From Candidatus Versatilivorator sp. (GTDB taxonomy: Bacteria; Acidobacteriota; Terriglobia; Versatilivoradales; Versatilivoraceae): DNA of 64,000 bases. The DNA is taken from positions 4,640,001 through 4,704,000 of the forward strand of contig OZ242296.1 of NCBI GenBank assembly GCA_965207735.1. Direction: 5' to 3'. Shown in pieces: positions 1 to 10,318 of this stretch; positions within the stretch are counted from its first letter, which is position 1; the number at the start of each line of letters is the position of its first letter. Position numbers and translations under genes: made by a program. The notes beneath the pieces are model-generated. The model had not been told where the DNA came from. It did not search any database and saw nothing but the letters and a program-made list of their open reading frames with translations.

Positions 1-2
1 GG

Positions 3-809
3 ATAGCGGCCATAGGACCCACGGGGACTCTCCGGGTTGAGGGTGCCGTCGGGGTTGAGCGTCCTTGCCTGGTGCCCGGGTGCTCCCGCCATGCCCACCG
101 CCACCTCGGGAGCCGTATCGTTCCACCGCCGCAGCTCGGCCGGGTCGTAGGCCCCGTATTCACCAGTCTCCGAGGCCGAACGCGAGGGATGGTTGGCGAT
201 CAGGACCGGTTTGCGCTCCAAGCCGTTCATCAATTGAATGGCTTCGATCATCCGGGGTTCGGTATCCCGAGTTTTGTCGAAGGGATGGGCCTCGTGGCGG
301 TCGAATCCCGACTCCAGCTCGTACAACCGCTGGGCCTCGTCCGGGCCGTGGGGAATGATGAGGCTGCTGTGGTCGGCGCCCGGCGAGTTGAATTCCATGC
401 CGTAGAACTGGATCACCTCGGGGACCAGTTCCCGCGAGAGCACCAGCTCGGGATAGGCCCGCTCCAGGTTGACCTTGCTGTGGTTGGGGCCGCCGTGGTC
501 GGTGGCTACCGTCCAGGACAGTCCGAAGCGCCTGCCCATGAGCGCATTCATGGGGATGGGGTAGATGGCGTCGCCCCCGATGATCGGAGTGGGTGGGTCA
601 TTGTCCCGGTTCCAACCCACGCTGAAACGGCTGTGGATGTGGTGGTCTCCCGCCAGCCAGCGGGCCTCGCCGGCGGAGTCCCCCGGGCCGCCCGTCACAC
701 AACCCAGATAGAGGAGCACCAGAGCGGTCCCGGCCAGCCACAGCCGAACCGATGTTTTTCGTGTCAATCCAGCAAGCAGCTTTACCATTGCGGACAACTC
801 CTTTCCCAT
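3..809 (-). CDS. PHP-domain metallophosphoesterase, secreted/lipoprotein (3' end runs off the window)
   Basis: Read manually on the minus strand: signal-like N-terminus (..ALVLLYLGC), then WLAGDHHIHS, VATDHGG, YGMEFN and IANHPSR PHP metal motifs. The + ORF 72..812 is its shadow. Confidence 0.75.
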   Translation of the reverse strand, partial: MGKELSAMVKLLAGLTRKTSVRLWLAGTALVLLYLGCVTGGPGDSAGEARWLAGDHHIHSRFSVGWNRDNDPPTPIIGGDAIYPIPMNALMGRRFGLSWTVATDHGGPNHSKVNLERAYPELVLSRELVPEVIQFYGMEFNSPGADHSSLIIPHGPDEAQRLYELESGFDRHEAHPFDKTRDTEPRMIEAIQLMNGLERKPVLIANHPSRSASETGEYGAYDPAELRRWNDTAPEVAVGMAGAPGHQARTLNPDGTLNPESPRGSYGRY

Positions 810-930
810 TGACAAGACGCAGGTCCTCCATCTCCGGCTACCCGGTGAACAAAGGGATGCTGTAGCGCCGTTGGTGGAAATCTTTCCCCCTGTCCAACCT
901 TTGACGGATCCCTCTCGAGTTTTCTCCTAC

Positions 931-1070
931 CCTTTCGTGACCGTGGTACCCCGTCGCGGCCAACCTCAGCGCCTTAGTGCCCCTTCGTCGTTCTTAGTGC
1001 CCCTTCGTGGATAAGTCTTTTTCTTTTGTCTTTTTTCGTTTGTTTCAGACAAGGGTTGTTTCAGACAAGG
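931..1070 (-). repeat. Dispersed repeat family A, copy 1
   Basis: Reverse complement reads cttgtctgaaacaa..aaaagaaaaagacttatccacgaaggggcactaagaacgacgaaggggcactaaggcgctgagg..; terminal ttgtttcagacaagg is duplicated (1040-1054, 1056-1070). Confidence 0.85.
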
Positions 1071-1086
1071 CAAGACATGCGGACCT

Positions 1087-2148
1087 TCACCCATGTTTTT
1101 CCCGCAGCACCCGGGCCGCCTGGCACATCGCCTTGAGTTTCCCATAGGCCTCGTCCAGATCCATCGGGTTCTGGGCCGAGGGCGCGAACCCGCAGTCCGG
1201 GTGCAGGGTGATACGGCTCTTGTCCAGGTGGCGCATGGCTTCCTCCACCCGCCTAACCACCTCTTCCACGCTCTCCACTCTGGGTTCGCAGTGGTCGATA
1301 CAACCCAGGCCCAGCCGCACCTTGTCCGGGAACTGCGCCAGCGAATCCAATCCCCCGGCCACCGGGGTGGCAAATTCCATGGAAATGGTCCCCACCCGAA
1401 CCTTTTGCAGGGCCGGCATGATGAGCCCGTAGGGACCCTCGCTGCCGTGTTGGCGGTCGAAATGGGCGTGGCAGAGGTGCATTCCCGTGGTCAGGCCCTG
1501 GAAGCCGTCCAATACTTGGTTGACCAGGTCCACGCACCGGTCCATTTCGTAGGAGGGATTGTCGATCCCCTCCCGCTTGCGGAAGGTCGGATCCACCATG
1601 GTGGAAAGCCAGGGCTCGTCCAACTGGACGGTATCGGCCCCGGCCTCGCGGAGGGCTTCGATTTCCCGGCGCAGGATCGGGACACAGGCTTCCATCAATC
1701 CTTCCCGAGTGGGGTAGGCCTTACGGGAGTGGTCGGGGTGCCACATGCGCCGTCCGATGATGTAGGGCGCCGGCAGCGTGATCTTGACTCGCCGCCGGGT
1801 GCGGGCCCGCAGAAAGCGCAGCTCGTGCAGCACCAGGGGGCGATAGTACTCGACGGGAGCGACCACGGCCGGATAGGGCATTCCGCTGTCGTGAAGGTCG
1901 GCCTTGAAGCCTCGTACCCGTTCGGCAAATACCTTGACGTAGCTCTCCCGGCGCCACTCGCCGTCGGTGATCTCTTCCAGCCCGGCCCGTTCCTGCAGGG
2001 CGATGGAGGACTCGATGGCCCGGTCCAGCAGCGGCTCGGCCTCTGCCTCCGAAATGCGGTCGGCCTTGCGGTCCAGGACCAGGTCGAGCACCCAGGCCGG
2101 ACGGGGCAGGCTGCCAATCACGGTGGTGGGGAACAGTGTCGATTCCAT
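1087..2148 (-). CDS. Cobalamin-independent methionine synthase II family protein (MetE C-terminal/YxjH-like)
   Basis: TTVIGSLPRP, ITDGEWRR, QLDEP, HLCH zinc motif, HPDCGF. Confidence 0.85.
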   Translation of the reverse strand: MESTLFPTTVIGSLPRPAWVLDLVLDRKADRISEAEAEPLLDRAIESSIALQERAGLEEITDGEWRRESYVKVFAERVRGFKADLHDSGMPYPAVVAPVEYYRPLVLHELRFLRARTRRRVKITLPAPYIIGRRMWHPDHSRKAYPTREGLMEACVPILRREIEALREAGADTVQLDEPWLSTMVDPTFRKREGIDNPSYEMDRCVDLVNQVLDGFQGLTTGMHLCHAHFDRQHGSEGPYGLIMPALQKVRVGTISMEFATPVAGGLDSLAQFPDKVRLGLGCIDHCEPRVESVEEVVRRVEEAMRHLDKSRITLHPDCGFAPSAQNPMDLDEAYGKLKAMCQAARVLREKHG

Positions 2149-2290
2149 GGAAGGGTCCTCGGGGCAGACTGGGAAGGGTATTGGCTGGTATGGTTCCCTT
2201 CGGGGTCGTCAAAGAAACTCTCGGCTGAGGGTCCGATTATACGCCGGGCTGATCGACTGATCCAGATTCGGTTGAATGGGACGGGGCGTT

Positions 2291-2825
2291 TGCCCCCCTC
2301 CGGCTCGACCGTGGGCGGCCCCCTCGCGACGCCGAGTATGCCCCCCTCCGGCTCGACTGCGGGCTGCGCACCTTCGGGACGCCGAGTTTGCCCCCCTCCG
2401 GCTCGACAGCGGGCTCCGCCCTCTCGCCGACTCCCCCTCAAGGGGGGAGTGATACTTGAAGCCTGTAGAGGGCTTATTGCCTGATTGCTGGGCAGGATGT
2501 AAACCATGTTCCCGGTCTACCGCATAAACTCCGTTCCCACTTCATAACACGGATATCACTCCCCCCTTGAGGGGGAGTCGCAGAAGTCGAGCCGAATGGC
2601 GAAGGCTGATGCGGTGGGGGGTTCGCACAAGGCGAGCCAAAGGCGAGATCTTGTGCGCCGTAGCGGTAACCGCCGGCGTGCGTCGGTTGCGGTGGGGGAG
2701 TCGCAGAAGCCGAGCCGAATGGCGAAGGCTGATGCGGAGGGGGGCCAATGCCTGACCCCGAGTCTACAGCACATCGATACAGGCGGAGCGGCTGCTGCCT
2801 TGAGGGGGAGTTACAGAAGCCGAAC
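2291..2825. repeat. Cluster of palindromic repeats (family D, actccccctcaaggggggagt type)
   Basis: Three ~49-bp tandem units starting tgcccccctccggctcgac (2291, 2339, 2389); inverted pair 2430-2454/2554-2578; direct repeat gggggagtcgcagaag..gctgatgcgg at ~2572 and ~2695. Confidence 0.8.
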
Positions 2826-2977
2826 TGGAAGCTGCCTTCGGAATTCCCGTGCTAGAATTCCGAAGGATGTGGCGGTCCCACCCGTCATGACAAGGCCTGT
2901 CGGCAGAGCCGCAGTTTCCAAGCGGGGTTCAAGCCAGGGTGCTTGTGTGGGACCCATCCGATTGGAGAGACCCGCCC

Positions 2978-4189
2978 ATGGCCGAGTTCGACCACCTCCT
3001 CACTTCCCGCGAATACGCGCAGAGTCCCTATCCCACTTACCACCTGCTGCGCCGCGAGGCTCCCATATACTGGAGCGATCTCTGGGGTTGTTGGATCCTC
3101 ACCCGCTATCGGGAAATTGTCAGCACCCTCCAAAATCCCAGGCGCTTCACCAGCGTCGGCAGGCTTACCGCCACCATGGAGCTCCCGCAAGCCGTTCGGG
3201 AACAGGTCCAGCCCCTGGTGCGCCACTATTCCCAGGGTCTCATCAATGTGGACCCACCGGATCACACCCGTCTGCGCAAACTGGTGCACAAGGCCTTCCT
3301 GCCCGGCACCATCGGCGCCATGGCCGGTTACGTGGAGGAGATTGTCGAGGGGCTGATCGACGAGGTGCGGCATCGGGGCAGGATGGACATCATCTGGGAC
3401 TTCTCCTACCCCTTGCCGGTCACGGTCATTGCCAGGCTGTTGGGAGTCCCGGCGGCTGACCACGGCAAGCTCAAGCGCTGGTCGGGGAAGATTATCGAGT
3501 TCATGGCCACCCCCAAGCCCGTGCCCGAAGTGCTCTTGTCATCCCAGGAGGCTCTGTTGGCTCTGCAGGACTACTTTCGTTCGACCTTCAGGCGGCGGCG
3601 ATTGGAGCCGGGCGAAGATCTCATCAGCGCCCTGGTGGCTGCCGAAGAGGAAGGGGAACGACTGACCGAAGAGGAACTCATTTCGACCTGCGTGACCTTG
3701 CTGATCGGCGGGCACGAGACCACCACCTACCTGATCTCCAGCGGCGTGCTGGCCCTGATCCAGCACCCGGAACAGATGCGGAAGCTGAGAGCCGAACCGG
3801 ACAAGGCCGGGACGGCGGTGGAAGAGATGCTGCGCTACGAGGGACCGTTCCAGCGCAACCGCCGCCTCGCCACCGAGGCGGTGGAGTTGGACGGCCATCT
3901 CGTTCAGAAGGGTCAACTGGTGGTGCAGATGCTGGGTGCGGCCAACCGGGACCCGGCCGTATTCCCCAACCCGGACTCATTCGATATCGAGCGGCACCCC
4001 AATAGACATGTCTCCTTCGGTCAGGGTCCTCACTTCTGTGTGGGAGCACCGCTGGCGCGTCTGGAAGCTCCCATCGCCATCAACGCGCTGCTGCGGCGTT
4101 TGCCCAACCTTGAGCTGGCCACGGATGAGCTGGTCTGGAAAAATACGGTCTTTCGCGGCCTGGAGCGGCTCCCGGTGACCTTTGGGTGA
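2978..4189 (+). CDS. Cytochrome P450
   Basis: DPPDHTRLR, I-helix GGHETT, EMLR (ExxR), heme motif FGQGPHFCVG. Confidence 0.95.
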   Translation: MAEFDHLLTSREYAQSPYPTYHLLRREAPIYWSDLWGCWILTRYREIVSTLQNPRRFTSVGRLTATMELPQAVREQVQPLVRHYSQGLINVDPPDHTRLRKLVHKAFLPGTIGAMAGYVEEIVEGLIDEVRHRGRMDIIWDFSYPLPVTVIARLLGVPAADHGKLKRWSGKIIEFMATPKPVPEVLLSSQEALLALQDYFRSTFRRRRLEPGEDLISALVAAEEEGERLTEEELISTCVTLLIGGHETTTYLISSGVLALIQHPEQMRKLRAEPDKAGTAVEEMLRYEGPFQRNRRLATEAVELDGHLVQKGQLVVQMLGAANRDPAVFPNPDSFDIERHPNRHVSFGQGPHFCVGAPLARLEAPIAINALLRRLPNLELATDELVWKNTVFRGLERLPVTFG

Positions 4190-4252
4190 GTGCCGGGCCG
4201 GGCCGGACTCTCTTGCAAAATCGGAAAGCAGGGCCAGGTTCACGGAATCCCT

Positions 4253-4657
4253 CTACCGGAAAGCCATCCGGTTCCAGCCCTGATCCTCCTGCTTGCTGGG
4301 CCCCGGGGGCGGCGGAGCGAAGGCGTAGAAGTAGCAGAGGTCTTCGTGGCCGTCGTTGAAGGACTGGTGCTCGACTCCCGCCGGAATGTAGACGGTCATG
4401 CCCTTCTCGACCCTGAAATCCTGACCGTCCATGACCAGTCTCCCCCGGCCGCTCACCACGTAGTAGATTTCGGCCGACTCGGGGTGGATGTCGGCCTGGG
4501 TCTCATGCCCCGGGTGCAGCCAGAAGAATCCGGCCGCGATGTCGCCGGCGCCGCAGGTTTCGGGGCTCACCAGCAGATTGACCCGGCGGGACCCATCGGG
4601 AGCCTGCCAGACAGGGAAGTGCTTCGGGTCCAGGACCCATTCCGGATTGTGTGCCAT
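4253..4657 (-). CDS. Cupin-domain protein
   Basis: HPESAEIYYVVSGRG..YIPAGVEH cupin motifs. Confidence 0.85.
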   Translation of the reverse strand: MAHNPEWVLDPKHFPVWQAPDGSRRVNLLVSPETCGAGDIAAGFFWLHPGHETQADIHPESAEIYYVVSGRGRLVMDGQDFRVEKGMTVYIPAGVEHQSFNDGHEDLCYFYAFAPPPPGPSKQEDQGWNRMAFR

Positions 4658-4751
4658 TGAGAATGCCTTTCTTGTGGAAAGCCGGGGGAAGATTGGGGGA
4701 GGATGGGAGCCGACTGCTCCTTGAACCTTTTCGCCGTCCGCCGGATGGAAG

Positions 4752-5507
4752 TCAAATCAAGAGCGAGCCTCCGTTGACGTGCATGGTCGAACCCGTCACG
4801 TAGCTCGACCGGGGACCGGCCAGGAACAGGACCGCTTCGGCGATTTCCCGAGGCGTTCCCTGGCGCTTCACCAGCGATGCCTCCACGTACCTTTGCAGGT
4901 TCTCCTCACCGAAGGCCTCGGCAAGGGGAGTATCGATGCTTCCCGGCGCAATGGCGTTGGAGAGGATGCCGTCGGAAGCAAACTGCTTGGCCAGGTACTT
5001 GGAGAGCACAATGACGCCCGCCTTGCTCACCCCGTAGCCGACGTGACCGGTGACGCTGCCCACGAAAGCTCCCACCGAGGAGATGTGGACCAGCCGGCCG
5101 AACTTCCGTTTCCTCATATGGGGCAGCACCGCCTTGCTGCAAAGGAAGGCGCTGGTCAGGTTGACCGAGAGCATTCGGTTCCAGCTTTCCAGCGTAGTCC
5201 GGTCCCAGGGAACCATGGGGCAGATGCCGGCGTTGTTGACCAGGATGTCGATTCGCCCGAACCGTTCCGCGGTGGCCTGAACCATGCGGTCCACCTGGTC
5301 CGGCTCGGAAACGTCGGTCTCCGAAACCAGCAGGTCGCAGCCGCAACGCTTCCGCAGCTCTGAAGCCAGGTCTTGCAGGGGGGGCGCCTGGTTGTCGGCC
5401 AGCGTCAGGCCGGCCGCTCCTTCCCGGGCGAAGAGTTCGGCCACGCCGCGGCCGATCCCGGAGGCCGCCCCGGTGACGATGGCCACCCTTCCGTTCAATT
5501 CATTCAT
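4752..5507 (-). CDS. Short-chain dehydrogenase/reductase (SDR)
   Basis: TGAASGIG, NNAG, YGVSK catalytic motif; start set at MNELNGRV. Confidence 0.92.
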   Translation of the reverse strand: MNELNGRVAIVTGAASGIGRGVAELFAREGAAGLTLADNQAPPLQDLASELRKRCGCDLLVSETDVSEPDQVDRMVQATAERFGRIDILVNNAGICPMVPWDRTTLESWNRMLSVNLTSAFLCSKAVLPHMRKRKFGRLVHISSVGAFVGSVTGHVGYGVSKAGVIVLSKYLAKQFASDGILSNAIAPGSIDTPLAEAFGEENLQRYVEASLVKRQGTPREIAEAVLFLAGPRSSYVTGSTMHVNGGSLLI

Positions 5508-5794
5508 GACGGGTAGTTGTTGAACCGGCTTGCGCTCGGGCCGGCAAAGTGGAGGCGCCGTTCCATCGGGCCGTCCCTGCCATGGCGGCGTGAACGGCCG
5601 GCGCGCGCCAGGCATTACCCTTTGCAGCCTTCGAGCAAGACCGGGTTTCGTGGGCTCCGGCCTCCAGGATGCTATCTTAAGTGCCTGGAGTCGAGCGATG
5701 CAACCTCGGTTGAGGACTGTCCCTCCACTTTGTTTCGTCGGCCGGTGCAGCTTGCCGCGCAGCCAGGAGCCCTCTGCTATACTGGCGGACCTAT

Positions 5795-5952
5795 TTGAAA
5801 CAAAAGAAAAAGAGTTATCCACGAAGGGCCACGAAGAACGACGAAGGGCCACTAAGGCGTTGAGGTTAACCACGACGGGTTACCAAGGTGACGAAGGGAT
5901 TATCGATTCCCGATTTTTTTGCTCTCGTATGATCCGCCCGGCAGGGCGAGGG
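5795..5952 (+). repeat. Dispersed repeat family A, copy 2
   Basis: tgaaacaaaagaaaaagagttatccacgaagggccacgaagaacgacgaagggccactaaggcg..tatgatccgcccggcagggcg. Confidence 0.88.
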
Positions 5953-5987
5953 CTGGACTTATTCGGTCCCGGATTTAGAGAAAGACG

Positions 5988-7256
5988 ATGAGGATTCGCT
6001 TCGTACATGCCGCCGACCTTCACCTGGACAGCCCCTTCACCGGCTTGAAGGCCGCCGCGCCCGAAAACGTGGCGACCGCGCTGTATAGCGCCACCTTTGA
6101 CGCGTACGAGAACATCATCAACCTGTGCATTTCCGAAGAGGTGGACGCGCTGCTGGTGGCTGGGGACGTCTACGATGGAGCCGACCGCAGCCTGCGCGCC
6201 CAACTCAAGTTCGTCGAGGGGCTGAATAAGTTGGACACCCAGGGCATTCGCTCCTTCGTCTGCCACGGCAACCACGACCCCTTGGACGGCTGGCAGGCAC
6301 GGCTGGATTATCCGCAAAGCTGTCGCCGCTTTGGCACCGAGTGGGAAGCCGTGCCGGTGTTCGAGAACCCGAACCGAGCGGTCATACACGGTATCAGCTA
6401 CCCGAAGCGCGAGTTTACTGAGAACCTGGCCCGCCGCCTTGGAAGGGTCGATCCCGGCCCGTTCTCGATCGGGCTGCTGCACGCCAACGTGAGCAATGAC
6501 CCCAACCACGCGGCTTACGCCCCCTGCTCGCTAGAGGACCTTGCAACGTCCGGCATTGACTACTGGGCGCTCGGCCACGTGCACACCCGCCAGGTTCTGA
6601 GCGAGCGGGAACCGGCGGTTGTCTATCCCGGCAACCCACAGGGCCGGCATCCGAACGAAACCGGCCCTCGAGGTGTCTATCTTGTCGAGGTGGACGATGG
6701 CGGAAACGTGCACTCGACGTTCCACCCGATGGCCACCGTCCGGTGGGAAACGTTCCAGGTCGACATCGCGCCGTTCGAGAGGGAACAGGAACTGCTGGAC
6801 GCATTGCAGGAAGGAATGCAAGGTCTGCTGGACAGCACCGACGGCCGGTCGGCCGTCGGTCGCGTTACCCTCACCGGACGCGGTGCGTTGAACCGAACTC
6901 TCCGCAGGCCGAACACCATTGATGACCTCGTCGAAAAAATCAATGGGGAATGGGCCGAAAGGTCACCGTTCGTCTGGTGCGAACGCATTGAGGACGCAAG
7001 CGCATCTCCGTTCGACCGCGAAGCCAGGCTGAAGGGTTCCGATTTTCTGGCGGAAGTGCTGCGGACGGCCGACCGGGCGAAGACCGACCCCGCACTAATC
7101 TCCAGACTTGGCGCCGGGCTTTCCGACCTCTACCAGCACCACCGCTTTCGCCGATATTTGTCCAAGCTTGCCCCAAACGAGGAGGACATTGCCGCGCTGG
7201 TCGAAGAGGCTGAGGCCATGGCCGTGGACCTGCTTGCCGAGGACGACGACCGATGA
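5988..7256 (+). CDS. SbcD/Mre11-like metallophosphoesterase exonuclease (YhaO-like)
   Basis: HAADLHLD, AGDVYD, GNHD, LGHVH, YPGNPQGR. Confidence 0.92.
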   Translation: MRIRFVHAADLHLDSPFTGLKAAAPENVATALYSATFDAYENIINLCISEEVDALLVAGDVYDGADRSLRAQLKFVEGLNKLDTQGIRSFVCHGNHDPLDGWQARLDYPQSCRRFGTEWEAVPVFENPNRAVIHGISYPKREFTENLARRLGRVDPGPFSIGLLHANVSNDPNHAAYAPCSLEDLATSGIDYWALGHVHTRQVLSEREPAVVYPGNPQGRHPNETGPRGVYLVEVDDGGNVHSTFHPMATVRWETFQVDIAPFEREQELLDALQEGMQGLLDSTDGRSAVGRVTLTGRGALNRTLRRPNTIDDLVEKINGEWAERSPFVWCERIEDASASPFDREARLKGSDFLAEVLRTADRAKTDPALISRLGAGLSDLYQHHRFRRYLSKLAPNEEDIAALVEEAEAMAVDLLAEDDDR

Positions 7257-10078
7257 AGATTCTGAATCTGCACATCGACGGCTTCGGGCGGTTTGCAGAC
7301 CGGGCATTGGGGCCGTTCGAACGGCCCGTTACCGTCTTTTTCGGTCCCAACGAGGCGGGCAAGAGCACTCTCCTGGAGTTTGTTCGAAGGGTGTTTTTTG
7401 GATTCCCCGACGGTCGCAGCAGCAACAATCCTTACCCGCCGCTGGCCGGTGGCCGGCACGGGGGTACTGTCACCATCGTCAGCGACGCCGGTGAGACCGT
7501 CACCGTTCAGCGATTCCAGGGAACGCACGGCGGGCCGGTCAGGCTGGCCGCCGCATACGGCGGGCCGCTCCCCGACGGCGAATTGCCACGTCTGTTAGGC
7601 CACCACTCCAGGGATGTCTTTCAGAACATCTTTGCCTTCACGCTTGAGGAACTCAACGATGAGACCCTGCTGAAAGACGACACCGTCAACGCTCAGATAT
7701 ACAGCGCCGGTATGGGCGCGACGAAGCTGCCCGCATCACTGAAAGCGCTTGAGGTCGAGAAGCAATCCCTGTTCCTCAAGGGCGGCAACAAACACAAGAT
7801 CATCCAGGCCGGCAATGCGCTCAGCGAGATCGAATCCACTTTGAGACAGGTAAAACAGCACGCCGCGAAATACGGTGAACTGATGACCCGCCTCGCAGGG
7901 GTCAAGGAGGAGCTCGAACGGCTAAGCGGCCTCCGCCGGAAGCGTCAGTCGGAACTCGATCACCAGAAGCGGCTGGAGAGTGCCTGGGGTGACTGGAACG
8001 ACCTCAACCAGGCCGAGGAAGAGCTGGCCGGGTTGCCGCCCATCGACGATTTCCCCATCGACGGCGTCAGCCGACTGAAAACACTGGAGGAGCGGATCAA
8101 GACTGCGCAGGAGGAATACGACTCCGCAGACGAGGCGATTGAGGAAGCCAAAGCCAAGGCGGAGGCGGTGGTTGAGCATCAGACCATCCTCAACCATACG
8201 GACGAAATCCGAACGCTGGAACAGGGCCGTACCTTCTTCAACAACGCCGTCCGTGACTTGCCGAAGCGCAATGCTGAACTCGAAGATCATGAGAAGTTGT
8301 TGGCCGAAACCTTGAAGGATCTCGGTCCTGACTGGGACGAAGCCCGCCTGGAGAATTTCGACCTGTCCCTGGCCGTCCGCGAGGAAATCTCGCGATTCCA
8401 GGGGTGTCTGCGAAAGGCGCACGAGGAACTCGATCAGAGCAACTCCAATCTCACTCGGAATCAGACCCTGTTGGAGGAAGCTGTCGAGGCGAAGGGCAGG
8501 TCCGAACGGGAGCTCGAGGTTGCCGTCAAGCCGCCCGGTGGCAAGAACGGCGGCAAAGTGCTGCCCGCCATCTGCGCTGCCGTCGGCATGGCGCTTTTGG
8601 CCGTGGGGTCGGTACTTGGCGGGTCTGCTCTCTTCCTGGGAATTATCGGAGGCGTCGCGCTCGCGGCTGTCGCCGCATACTTGTTCCGGTCCGGCCAGTC
8701 ATCTACGGGCACTGAAATGGAACATGCGCGTCTCTCCAGGGACCTCGACAGTGCGAGAGGTTTGGCCCAGCAACGGAAGAAAAGGGTGGAGGATTCCCGG
8801 AAAGCTGTCGAAGAGGCGGAGCGTTCACTCGCGTCCGTTCAGAGAGATTGGCGGCAGTGGCTCGCAGACCGAGATCTGCGGGAGACGTTCTTGCCGGAGA
8901 CCGTGGTGGAGCTTCGCGGCAAGGTCGAACTTGGACGTGATCGATTGAACAGTCTAGGAAGCCATCGGCAGCGCATCGACGCAATACGGAAGAATATCGA
9001 TAACTACGTTGCAATGGCCGTGCCTCTGGCGTCGGACTTCGGCGCTCCCTTCGACAGGAACGAATCGAGTACCGTCAATGCCGCTGTCGCGAAGCTGATC
9101 GGACTGCACGATGAGGTCGACGGGAAGGTCAACGACCGGAAGGCAGCCGAGGAGGAATTGATCAAGGCCGAGAGCCGGTTGAAGGAGCGCGAAAGCAATC
9201 TCCGGAAGGCGACCGAGATGATGAAGGGGCTGCTCCGATCCGGTGGCGCCGCCGATGGCGAGGACTTTCGTACGCGGGCAGAGATCGTGCGGCAGAGAAC
9301 GAAACTGGAAGAGCAGCGACGCGGCGCGCTCGGACGACTGCAGCGCCTCAGCGGCCCCGGAGAGCCGCTCGAAGCCTTGAAGAAGCAACTTGCGGACACG
9401 GATTTTCAGACCATACGCGACGAGAAACGCTTGCTCGAGGAAAAAATTGAACCCGCCGACGCAGAGATAAGAGAGTTGTCCACCAAGCAGGGATCGATCC
9501 AATCCGACCTCAAGAGCCTGACCGGCGAGGAGGAGTCATCGAAGCTGCGGGCGGAACGGCACCGCCTGTTGGAGGAGATGCGCGGCCATGCGCGGGAGTG
9601 GGCGGTTCGAACCATCGCCCAGAACCTTCTCAAGGAGGCGCAAGGCAAGTTCGAGAAGGAGCGCCAGCCTGACGTGGTACGCCACTCCGAAGAGTTCTTC
9701 CGCACCATCACCGACGGGCGTTATCAGACAGTGTTTTCTCCGCTCGGCAGTTCGGAGATACAGGTAACGGATTCCTCGGGCATCTCCAAACAGCCCAACC
9801 AGCTCAGCCGCGGTACGCGGGAGCAGTTATTCCTGTCGCTGCGGTTCGGGCTGGTCCGCGAGTTGGGCCAGCGGTCGGAGCCGCTTCCGGTGATCGTGGA
9901 CGAGGCGTTGGTGAACTTCGATCCCGACCGGGGACTGCGGGCCGCGCGTGCCTTCGTGGAGTTGTCCCGGACCAACCAGGTGCTGGTCTTTACCTGCCAT
10001 CCGACGATCGTGGAACTTTTCCAAAACGCGGTGGCCCAGTCAGGTGTGCAAGAGCCGGAAGTGGTCCCAATTGATTGA
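7253..10078 (+). CDS. SbcC/YhaN-like AAA ATPase with coiled coil and internal TM hairpin
   Basis: Walker A GPNEAGKS, long coiled coil, signature LSRGTREQ, Walker B IVDEALVNFD, FTCH; ATGA overlap with the upstream nuclease. Confidence 0.92.
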   Translation: MKILNLHIDGFGRFADRALGPFERPVTVFFGPNEAGKSTLLEFVRRVFFGFPDGRSSNNPYPPLAGGRHGGTVTIVSDAGETVTVQRFQGTHGGPVRLAAAYGGPLPDGELPRLLGHHSRDVFQNIFAFTLEELNDETLLKDDTVNAQIYSAGMGATKLPASLKALEVEKQSLFLKGGNKHKIIQAGNALSEIESTLRQVKQHAAKYGELMTRLAGVKEELERLSGLRRKRQSELDHQKRLESAWGDWNDLNQAEEELAGLPPIDDFPIDGVSRLKTLEERIKTAQEEYDSADEAIEEAKAKAEAVVEHQTILNHTDEIRTLEQGRTFFNNAVRDLPKRNAELEDHEKLLAETLKDLGPDWDEARLENFDLSLAVREEISRFQGCLRKAHEELDQSNSNLTRNQTLLEEAVEAKGRSERELEVAVKPPGGKNGGKVLPAICAAVGMALLAVGSVLGGSALFLGIIGGVALAAVAAYLFRSGQSSTGTEMEHARLSRDLDSARGLAQQRKKRVEDSRKAVEEAERSLASVQRDWRQWLADRDLRETFLPETVVELRGKVELGRDRLNSLGSHRQRIDAIRKNIDNYVAMAVPLASDFGAPFDRNESSTVNAAVAKLIGLHDEVDGKVNDRKAAEEELIKAESRLKERESNLRKATEMMKGLLRSGGAADGEDFRTRAEIVRQRTKLEEQRRGALGRLQRLSGPGEPLEALKKQLADTDFQTIRDEKRLLEEKIEPADAEIRELSTKQGSIQSDLKSLTGEEESSKLRAERHRLLEEMRGHAREWAVRTIAQNLLKEAQGKFEKERQPDVVRHSEEFFRTITDGRYQTVFSPLGSSEIQVTDSSGISKQPNQLSRGTREQLFLSLRFGLVRELGQRSEPLPVIVDEALVNFDPDRGLRAARAFVELSRTNQVLVFTCHPTIVELFQNAVAQSGVQEPEVVPID

Positions 10079-10318
10079 CACCACCGACGAAAAAGGACCT
10101 CTGGCGAAATGGCCTTGAACGAGGCCATGGCCATCCCGGCGATGGTCGCGCACGGGGGCTTCCATTCCGGCGCCCGGGGCGGTCCCGGTGGCGCCGGCGG
10201 CTTTGTTCACTGCTTCGCCGACTCTGGAGGGGGCTTCTCGCGGCAGGGATCTCTTCCCAGGGGAGCGGCCGCGAACCTGTCGGGTTGACCCCGCCGTCAC
10301 CGGCCGGGAGAGGCTTAA

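Noticed and set aside
2291-2430. Mini CRISPR-like array
   Set aside because: Only three units, the intervening sequences resemble each other and are ~20 bp, and there are no cas genes.
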